NCBI GenBank assembly: GCA_964538815.1
Contig: CAZIHL010000002.1
Coordinates: 570 to 64,569, forward strand
DNA: 64,000 nt
Direction of reading: 5' to 3'
Origin: an uncultured Candidatus Saccharibacteria bacterium
Lineage (GTDB): Bacteria > Patescibacteriota > Minisyncoccia > Phycocordibacterales > UBA5272
In this document: positions 57,901-64,000 of the stretch, piece after piece
How the letters are laid out: the number at the start of each line of letters is the position of its first letter
Numbering within the stretch: the stretch's first letter is position 1
Notes under the pieces: model-generated
The model's input: only the letters and a program-made list of their open reading frames with translations
The model's database searches: none
What the model was told of the DNA's origin: nothing
Translations under genes and position numbers: made by a program

Positions 57901-58027
57901 ATTTCAAGAAAATCATAAAGAAGATATTTTAAAGCCAATAAAATTAAAAGAAGGTACTGGATATTTTGGTACATCTACTAGAAAATATTTAAATAATTTA
58001 TTTATAAATATAGTAACAGTTGATTAA
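54965..58027 (+). CDS. Large surface protein with N- and C-terminal PG-binding domains and InlB B-repeat-like modules
   Basis: LQAYL..PTGYFGELTKAAV and LQKIL..ATGYFGKKTKEAL; FVGWY...NLYAKW repeat; poly-Asn tract. Confidence 0.8.
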   Translation: MKKILFILTIILSFSFISVNAQSCYKYTSPMSVGSKDSTTNGEVSKLQAYLYDLGYLNVKPTGYFGELTKAAVIKYQQSRGIDPVGSAGPITRLSLSNECNTANNNNNNNNNYYAGNYNLSNNKDVLNNASNQTGTQSQVQVTFYSLDENVTLKVPLGSILNLPSLPTRSKFSSYVFVGWYVDQSYTTAYSNQPIVNNTNLYAKWVKNCSTNGVVYPNDCDSTNIASSTANKTEVVSTKVCIINGISITVASNINCDTLKTNANNMATSTATSTANKDNSNNSGGIYKYPNSNVTGVIKYCIIYRNINKYAPVGNAKGQTYAYKLPQVIAYVDLGGMDCAEGVSFNYIDKAFVKVEPYTQSKVYKCSINNNNILPYYTSIETGCREILDDIAGVPNWKATEKIVDVSETTSFFNEDKENNIPSAGLPPVWYNDENHYKDVLNWPGVKKCTAGIWTIKWPSNLDCPIGYDVRNNLPGGATNENNGMSHIYSDMNEKSTEKKLLDDGIVNIVKNGEYPFTYHGVALETEMVKYTARYCIWGNILYYAKIDREYSSKCPKPDSTNNWTINFQKDLFPKYYGKLYNGDSIDYWRNPIKIEKANPIPLEDKYLPIEIFYNTTTELNFSKYSLDGYYFDGVYSDFTYKNLVSDTKIVAPDGVNNLINYVKWSKVCPNGKKIIWPNTCNYVEKNSHYGIYAVNDSNINGSMIPLMMWNIQNPISDNWLKQANRIPHEFAGAFSDKEYKNKIALSGATYLTSDMYLKWTLNCSDGSTVVYPDYCPANTKIATSTYTINFNYRSKGENRKVLIPTNAPLTLSIDMPKDEFVSHKTRAWLVNLDKQKKFIGDKSPKGYVIDKWSYESVSMTTDGFNPKITKIDVKISENYEPGKYVIMFCTPEQPVACLDYNEKDGVSDVFELVTSLSGVGSGQQGSVLGVSTYQFSDELKKGDKGEEVLKLQKILISFGENIEATGYFGKKTKEALKRFQENHKEDILKPIKLKEGTGYFGTSTRKYLNNLFINIVTVD

Positions 58028-58040
58028 TATTAAATATTTA

Positions 58041-58080
58041 AAATCAAAACACCCTAAATCAATTTAGGGTGTTTTGATTT
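58041..58080. terminator. Long palindromic terminator
   Basis: aaatcaaaacaccctaaa/tttagggtgttttgattt. Confidence 0.75.
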
Positions 58081-58278
58081 GTAGTAGTATCTTTACTTTT
58101 ATTTGCGTGTTTTATTTGCATATTTGTTAAATATGTGATAATATTTAGAGTATTCACTTGATATTAAGTTAAGTTTTTTCTCAAGTGGCTATTATTATTA
58201 GAATAAATAAGTCCAATATTATTTCGCGAATAGATGTAGAAATAACAACGACTTTTAATTAATTTATATAAATTTATT

Positions 58279-59472
58279 ATGGCAGAATTTTCAAGAACAA
58301 AGCCACATGTAAATGTGGGAACAATTGGTCATGTAGACCATGGAAAAACAACTTTAACAGCCGGTATTCTTAATGTGCTTCATCTTCAAAATCCAAATAT
58401 TAAGATAAAAGGTGTAGATGAAATCGATAAAGCGCCAGAAGAAAAGGCGCGTGGAATCACAATTTCTCTTTCTCACTCAGAATATGAGTCAGATGCAAGA
58501 CATTACGCACACATTGACGCTCCAGGGCACGCGGATTACATTAAAAATATGATCACTGGTGCAGCTCAAATGGATGGTGCTATTCTAGTGGTAGCAGCTA
58601 CTGATGGACCTATGCCACAAACTCGTGAGCATGTTCTTCTAGCAAAGCAAGTAGGAGTTCCAAGATTTGTAGTTTTCTTAAATAAATGTGATATGGTCGA
58701 AGATCAAGATATGCTTGAGCTTGTAGAAGAAGAAATTAGAGAACTTCTAACAAAGAATGGATATGACGGAGCTAATACTCCAGTCATCAAAGGCTCAGGG
58801 TTAAAAGCTTCAGAAGCGAAAGATCTTAATGACCCTTGGGCACAAAAAATTGTTGAACTTATGAATGCTCTTGATACATGGATTCCAGAGCCAGTTCGTG
58901 AATTAGACAAACCTTTTCTAATGCCAATTGAAGATATTTTCACAATCGAAGGTCGTGGAACAGTGGTAACAGGAAGAATTGAAAGAGGACAAATCAAATT
59001 AAACGAAGAAGTTGAAATTGTTGGTCTTAGTGATACAGCAAAAACAACAGTTACAGGTATTGAAATGTTTAATAAACAACTTTCAGAAGGTATGGCCGGT
59101 GATAATGCTGGACTACTTTTAAGAGGTGTTAAAAAAGAAGATTTAATGAGAGGACAAGTTTTAGCAAAGCCAGGTTCAATTACTCCTCATACAGAATTTG
59201 AATGTGAAGTTTATGTTCTTAAAAAAGAAGAAGGAGGAAGACATACACCATTTTTAAATGGATATAAACCTCAATTCTATGTACGTACAACTGATGTAAC
59301 TGGAGAATGTACACTTCCAGCAGGTTCAGAAATGGTTATGCCAGGAGATACAATTAAAGGTATGAATGTAAAACTTATTGCGCCTATTGCTCTTGAAGAG
59401 CAAGGAAGATTTGCTATTCGTGAAGGAGGCAAAACTGTTGGTGCTGGAGTTGTAACAAAAATTATTGCTTAG
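58279..59472 (+). CDS. tuf: Elongation factor Tu
   Basis: [18 protein letters not shown] and NKCD motifs. Confidence 0.98.
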   Translation: MAEFSRTKPHVNVGTIGHVDHGKTTLTAGILNVLHLQNPNIKIKGVDEIDKAPEEKARGITISLSHSEYESDARHYAHIDAPGHADYIKNMITGAAQMDGAILVVAATDGPMPQTREHVLLAKQVGVPRFVVFLNKCDMVEDQDMLELVEEEIRELLTKNGYDGANTPVIKGSGLKASEAKDLNDPWAQKIVELMNALDTWIPEPVRELDKPFLMPIEDIFTIEGRGTVVTGRIERGQIKLNEEVEIVGLSDTAKTTVTGIEMFNKQLSEGMAGDNAGLLLRGVKKEDLMRGQVLAKPGSITPHTEFECEVYVLKKEEGGRHTPFLNGYKPQFYVRTTDVTGECTLPAGSEMVMPGDTIKGMNVKLIAPIALEEQGRFAIREGGKTVGAGVVTKIIA

Positions 59473-59524
59473 TATTAATTAATAAAATCAAATCGTTCTT
59501 TTAATTAAATTATTTGTAAAAAAT

Positions 59525-59965
59525 ATGGCAGAAAAAAAAGTTATAAAAGAAAAAAAAACAGCCACTAAAAAAGTAGCTACTAAAAAAGCTATTGTTAAAA
59601 AAAATTCAACAAAATCTGACAATGATTTTCCAAAATCAAAATCTATTAAGAAAAGTGATGAAAATAAACTTCGTATCTTAGTAAAAGCTTATGAACCAAA
59701 AGTATTAGATTTATCTGTTAAACAAATAATTGATACAGCAAAGAGATTTGATGTTAATATCTGTGGACCAATACCGCTCCCAATTGAAATATCAAAATAT
59801 ACAGTAAATAGATCTACATTTATTTATAAAAATGCGAGAGAACAATTTGAAATTAGAGTTCATAAAAGATTAATTGATATTCTTAACCCAAACCCAAAAC
59901 TAATTGAATCTTTAACAAATTTATCGCTACCTTCAGGAGTAGATATAAATGTTAAAATGGGTTAG
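59525..59965 (+). CDS. rpsJ: 30S ribosomal protein uS10 with Lys-rich N-terminal extension
   Basis: GPIPLP and AREQFEIRVHKRLID motifs. Confidence 0.95.
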   Translation: MAEKKVIKEKKTATKKVATKKAIVKKNSTKSDNDFPKSKSIKKSDENKLRILVKAYEPKVLDLSVKQIIDTAKRFDVNICGPIPLPIEISKYTVNRSTFIYKNAREQFEIRVHKRLIDILNPNPKLIESLTNLSLPSGVDINVKMG

Positions 59966-60043
59966 TTTTAAAAAATTACTAATTAAATAAATCGACCAAT
60001 GTCTACATCTTTAAAGATTGTAGTTATGTCGTTTCTGAAAAAT

Positions 60044-60655
60044 ATGAAATTTACAATTGCCGTAAAACAGAACATGACTCAATTTTTTGACGATGAAGGA
60101 GTAGTACATCCTGCGACTATATTGTCAGCGAGTCCACTTACTGTTACTCAAGTAAAGACAAAAGAAAATGATGGTTATGAGGCGGTGCAAATAGCATCTA
60201 TTCCTCAAAAGAAAGAAAGAGTTTCAAAGAGTGTTTTAGGACACACTGGGAATGAAGCTTTCAAAGTTCTTAAAGAATTTAAAACAAATCCTGGCGATTT
60301 GCAAAAAGGTGCTAGTATAAATCTTGATATATTCCAAGCTGGAGATATTGTAACTATTTCTGGTGTATCTAAAGGTAAAGGATTTCAAGGTGTAGTTAAA
60401 AGACATGGCTTTAAAGGAGGTTGGGGACAGCATGGTCAAAAGCACTCTCTTCGTGAGCCAGGATCTATCGGAGGTGGAGGTCGTGCCGGAGGTAGAGTTG
60501 CTAAAGGTATGCGCATGGCAGGAAGAATGGGTTCTGATAAGATTACACAAAAGAATGTAAAAGTTTTAGATGTGGATGCTACGAATGGAATTATTCTTGT
60601 TCAAGGTGCGGTGCCAGGAAAAAGAGGAACAATTATTGAAATAACTCAAAAATAA
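60044..60655 (+). CDS. rplC: 50S ribosomal protein uL3
   Basis: SKGKGFQGVVKRH and REPGSIG motifs; start set at MKFTIAVK. Confidence 0.95.
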   Translation: MKFTIAVKQNMTQFFDDEGVVHPATILSASPLTVTQVKTKENDGYEAVQIASIPQKKERVSKSVLGHTGNEAFKVLKEFKTNPGDLQKGASINLDIFQAGDIVTISGVSKGKGFQGVVKRHGFKGGWGQHGQKHSLREPGSIGGGGRAGGRVAKGMRMAGRMGSDKITQKNVKVLDVDATNGIILVQGAVPGKRGTIIEITQK

Positions 60656-60659
60656 ATTT

Positions 60660-61322
60660 ATGAAAATAAAAGTATATAATCAACAAGCGAAAGAAGTACG
60701 CGAAATTGATCTACCAGAAAATATTTTTGGGTTAGATTTTAATGGAGATTTAGTTTCTCAAGTGCTTTATATTCAAAGATCAAATCAAAGAGCCGGTACT
60801 GCTCACACTAAAGATAGAAGTGAAGTAAGAGGATCAAATCAAAAACCTTGGAAACAAAAAGGCACAAGTAGAGCTCGTCATGGGTCAAAAAGATCACCAA
60901 TTTGGAAAGGGGGAGGAGTTACTCATGGGCCTAAGAGTGATAAAAGCTATAAAAGAGATCTTCCAAAAAATATGAGAAATGCAGCATTATTTAATATTCT
61001 TTCTGCAAAATTAAAAGATGGAAAAATTCTCTTTGTAGATGAGATAAAATCAGCAAATGCAAAAACAAAAGATTCTGTTGAAATAATGAAAAATATTGCT
61101 ACTATTAAGAATTTTGAAAATTTAACTTTCAAGAAAAAAGGAAATGTTTATATGACTTTTCCAAAGCTTGAAATAAATGAGAAAAGATCATTTAGAAATA
61201 TTCCATATGTCTTAGCACATAATATGGAAGATCTAAATCCTTCAGATTTAGCAAATGCTAGATATCTTGTTATTACAAATCCAGAAACTACAGTCGAGTA
61301 TCTTCAAAATAAATTAAAGTAA
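60660..61322 (+). CDS. rplD: 50S ribosomal protein uL4
   Basis: KPWKQKGTSRARHGS motif. Confidence 0.96.
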   Translation: MKIKVYNQQAKEVREIDLPENIFGLDFNGDLVSQVLYIQRSNQRAGTAHTKDRSEVRGSNQKPWKQKGTSRARHGSKRSPIWKGGGVTHGPKSDKSYKRDLPKNMRNAALFNILSAKLKDGKILFVDEIKSANAKTKDSVEIMKNIATIKNFENLTFKKKGNVYMTFPKLEINEKRSFRNIPYVLAHNMEDLNPSDLANARYLVITNPETTVEYLQNKLK

Positions 61323-61326
61323 AACT

Positions 61327-61653
61327 ATGGCTAAGAAAATAGAAAAAGAAACAAAAGAAGTGGTAGCAAAAGAGAATGCTAAAAGTGAATCTTTAATTAT
61401 TTCACCAAGACTGACTGAAAAAGCTTCAAATCTTTCATCACAAAATGTTTATACATTTAATGTAAAAGAAAATGCTACTAAAATTTCTTTAGCGAAAGAA
61501 ATTGAAAAAGTTTATAAGGTAAAACCAATAAAAATAACAGTGATTAACAATCCAAGACAAGCTGTATTTTCTAGAGGCAAATTAGGATTTAAGTCTAGAT
61601 TTAAGAAAGCGTCAGTATTTCTAAAAAAGGGAGATAAAATAAATCTAGCTTAA
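61327..61653 (+). CDS. rplW: 50S ribosomal protein uL23
   Basis: PRLTEKA, YTFNV and KKASVFLKKG motifs. Confidence 0.93.
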   Translation: MAKKIEKETKEVVAKENAKSESLIISPRLTEKASNLSSQNVYTFNVKENATKISLAKEIEKVYKVKPIKITVINNPRQAVFSRGKLGFKSRFKKASVFLKKGDKINLA

Positions 61654-61704
61654 ATTATTAAATAATGGCCGATTAAGCCGACAATTAATCAAGTATTGAA
61701 AACT

Positions 61705-62547
61705 ATGAAAAAATATAAACCAACAACTCCGTCGAGAAGAACAATGACAGGAATTGATTACAGAAAAGTTCTTTCTGGGGATAAACCTTTGAAATCTTTG
61801 AAAAAAGGTTTTAGTAGAGGAACTGGAAGAAATGCTATGGGTAGAATTACCACATACTATAAAGGTTCTGGACACAAAAGAAGTTACAGAGATGTAGACT
61901 TCAAATACAACAAAATTGATATCCCTGCAAAAATTACTACAATTGAATATGATCCAAACAGATCAGGATTCATCGGACTTGCAGTGTTTGCCGATGGAGA
62001 AAAAAGATATATACTTCTTCCAAAAGAAGTAAAAGTAGGAGATAAATTTATCGTTTCAGAAAAGACCGATCTTAATCCTGGAAATAGATGTATATTAAGA
62101 AATATTCCTGTAGGAACTAATATTTATAATATTGAGATTAAAAAGGGAGCTGGAGCAAAAATGGTAAGAAGTGCTGGAAGTTTTGCACAAGTAGTAGCTC
62201 ATGATAATGGATGGACATCAATTAAACTTCCTTCAACAGAAGTTCGTAAAATTCCAGATTTTTGTTATGCATCAATTGGCTCGGTATCAAACGATGAATA
62301 TAGATTAAGAGTTATAGGAAAGGCAGGAAGAAGTAGATGGCTTGGACTACGTCCTAAAACTCGTGCTAAAGCTAAAAATCCAGTAGATCATCCATATGGA
62401 GGAGGAGAAGGTTCACAACCAAGAGGTACAAAGAAGCCAAAAACAGCAACAGGTAAAATTACAGGAGGTCGTAAAACAAGAAGAAGTAAAAAATACTCAA
62501 ATCCTCATATTATCACAAGGAGAGTTAAGGGTAGAAAGTCTAAATAA
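61705..62547 (+). CDS. rplB: 50S ribosomal protein uL2
   Basis: EYDPNRS, RSAG and NPVDHPYGGGEG motifs. Confidence 0.97.
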   Translation: MKKYKPTTPSRRTMTGIDYRKVLSGDKPLKSLKKGFSRGTGRNAMGRITTYYKGSGHKRSYRDVDFKYNKIDIPAKITTIEYDPNRSGFIGLAVFADGEKRYILLPKEVKVGDKFIVSEKTDLNPGNRCILRNIPVGTNIYNIEIKKGAGAKMVRSAGSFAQVVAHDNGWTSIKLPSTEVRKIPDFCYASIGSVSNDEYRLRVIGKAGRSRWLGLRPKTRAKAKNPVDHPYGGGEGSQPRGTKKPKTATGKITGGRKTRRSKKYSNPHIITRRVKGRKSK

Positions 62548-62596
62548 TTAACTATTTTTGCAAAAAAAGTCAAAATATAGTATATTTTAAAATAAT

Positions 62597-63031
62597 ATGC
62601 CCACAATTAATCAATTAATTAAAAATAAAAGAAAGAAAATTACCAAAAAGTCAAGGTCTGTAACATTGGCTCAAGGTTGGAATTCTGTACATAATAGAGC
62701 TAATTTCTATAATTCTCCTTTCAAAAGAGGTGTTTGTGTTAAAGTTACAACAACAACTCCTAAAAAACCTAACTCAGCTTTACGTAAAATAGCTAGGGTG
62801 AGATTGACAAATCAGCAAGAAGTTACGGCATACATTCCTGGTATTAAACATAAATTACAAGAACATTCTGTAGTTATGATTCGTGGCGGTAGAGTAAAAG
62901 ACTTGGCTGGTGTTAGATATCATATCGTGCGTGGCCGTCTTGATGCTACAGGGGTAGAAAATAGAAAACAGGGGCGTTCAAAATATGGTGCTAAAAAACC
63001 AAAAACTGGAACTGCTACAGTTAAAAAATAA
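62597..63031 (+). CDS. rpsL: 30S ribosomal protein uS12
   Basis: [10 protein letters not shown] and [12 protein letters not shown] motifs. Confidence 0.98.
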   Translation: MPTINQLIKNKRKKITKKSRSVTLAQGWNSVHNRANFYNSPFKRGVCVKVTTTTPKKPNSALRKIARVRLTNQQEVTAYIPGIKHKLQEHSVVMIRGGRVKDLAGVRYHIVRGRLDATGVENRKQGRSKYGAKKPKTGTATVKK

Positions 63032-63178
63032 TTTAGTAAAATCTACAAAAAGAGACATAAAAATGTCTCTTTTTGTATTTTTATAGATAAAACTTTTCCA
63101 CAAAAAACCTTTTACTATAAAGCTTTTTTTAACTTTTTAAGTGTATAATGTATATGATGGGTAATAGAATTTAATTTT

Positions 63179-64000
63179 GTGTTTAATCCATTTAAAAATA
63201 TAAAAACTTACAGCAAACTAAACATAGTCAAGAGATTAATACTTGGCAGTATTTTGTCATTGTCTATAACAAATTCCATAGCGGCTGTTAATATTAAAGA
63301 ATTATCAAGTTGGGATACTTTTTCTGTAAAAGTATATTGTGGATTAAATGATTTTCTTGGTTTAAAAGATTCCAAGTGTGATACAAATATTTATGATCTA
63401 AATAAAGTACAAAACGAAGCTTTTAAAGAAAATTTAGTAAATCAAATTACAGTTATTCAAAATCAACTTAATAATTTAAGTAATAATTCCACCCCTATAC
63501 TAAGTTATATAAATAACACCACAGGAAAAGAGATAATTTTTTTACAAGGACCTAAAGGTGAAAAAGGAGATAGAGGTGACAAAGGAGAACAAGGTTTAGA
63601 TGGTGTAAACGGTCAGAGTGTAAGTGTAAGTCCTAGTTATCAGTATGTTCCAATAAATCCTTCTGTGATAAATGGACAAGATGGTAAAGATGGTTCATAT
63701 ATAAATTTGATAACTCAAAATGCTACTTCTACTATATATTATATTTATAATCCAAATGATTTATCAACATCAACAATAGTCGTACCAGCACCAACTAGTA
63801 CTGGTAATTTTTCAACATCTACAATATTACAAATTGTAGATGACGCTTTAATAAATTCACTTTTATATTCATCATCAACAAACACTTTTATATCAAATGT
63901 TAATGGTAAAATCTCTTCCACGACAATAGGATCATTAAATAATATTTCTTTAAACGGTACAACGACAGCAGATAATTTCTTCTCAAATATCTTAAATGCT
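63179..64000 (+). CDS. Collagen-repeat-containing secreted/surface protein (partial, runs off window)
   Basis: Manual ORF from GTG at 63179; signal-like segment; GPKGEKGDRGDKGEQGLDGVNGQ Gly-X-Y run. Confidence 0.75.
   Translation, partial: MFNPFKNIKTYSKLNIVKRLILGSILSLSITNSIAAVNIKELSSWDTFSVKVYCGLNDFLGLKDSKCDTNIYDLNKVQNEAFKENLVNQITVIQNQLNNLSNNSTPILSYINNTTGKEIIFLQGPKGEKGDRGDKGEQGLDGVNGQSVSVSPSYQYVPINPSVINGQDGKDGSYINLITQNATSTIYYIYNPNDLSTSTIVVPAPTSTGNFSTSTILQIVDDALINSLLYSSSTNTFISNVNGKISSTTIGSLNNISLNGTTTADNFFSNILNA

Noticed and set aside
430-61875. Many short ORFs in the track antisense to or nested in real genes (e.g. 9351-9740, 29363-29881, 38774-39451, 48726-49226)
   Set aside because: Shadow frames of well-supported genes, with F/S/L/I-biased composition and no motifs.
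1-64000. Alternative genetic code (UGA=Gly, as in Gracilibacteria/Absconditabacteria)
   Set aside because: Conserved genes are full length under code 11 with no internal TGA.

Overview
Very AT-rich bacterial chromosome segment in standard code 11. Gene content points to Patescibacteria/CPR, most likely Parcubacteria: a chromosomal VirB4-PrgI-VirB6-pilin cluster, split ComEC, trigger factor without its FKBP domain, CCA-less tRNAs and many orphan membrane or secreted proteins. Bases 1-14.7 kb hold a T4SS-like locus, including a pilin-like protein fused to an apparently circularly permuted lytic transglycosylase and an M15 peptidase. The rest is mostly housekeeping: rsmA, pcrA/uvrD, comM, rpsO, a Xer recombinase, xth, pgk, a TIM-like pseudoenzyme, nusA, ppa, tig, rsmE, HU, clpP, rny, yraN, ung, rnpB, four tRNAs, cca, recJ, rnhA, comEC, rpmB, tuf, a truncated S10 cluster and rpsL. 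Coding strand switches from mostly minus to mostly plus at about 31.5 kb, and a parS cluster lies at 42.8-43.4 kb. The most unusual signals are non-coding. (1) A 176-bp element behind tRNA-Gly duplicates the tRNA 3' end, also carries an antisense copy of it, and can fold into a hairpin studded with GNA triloops. (2) A family of long palindromes shares a CC-GAA-GG core, always in the same strand orientation. (3) A TGTCNTTT motif forms dense clusters next to DnaA boxes. (4) There are several candidate structured RNAs. (5) Many genes have leaderless-type promoters (TGN-TANAAT-N6-ATG). All calls come from motif reading by eye; no searches or folding programs were run.
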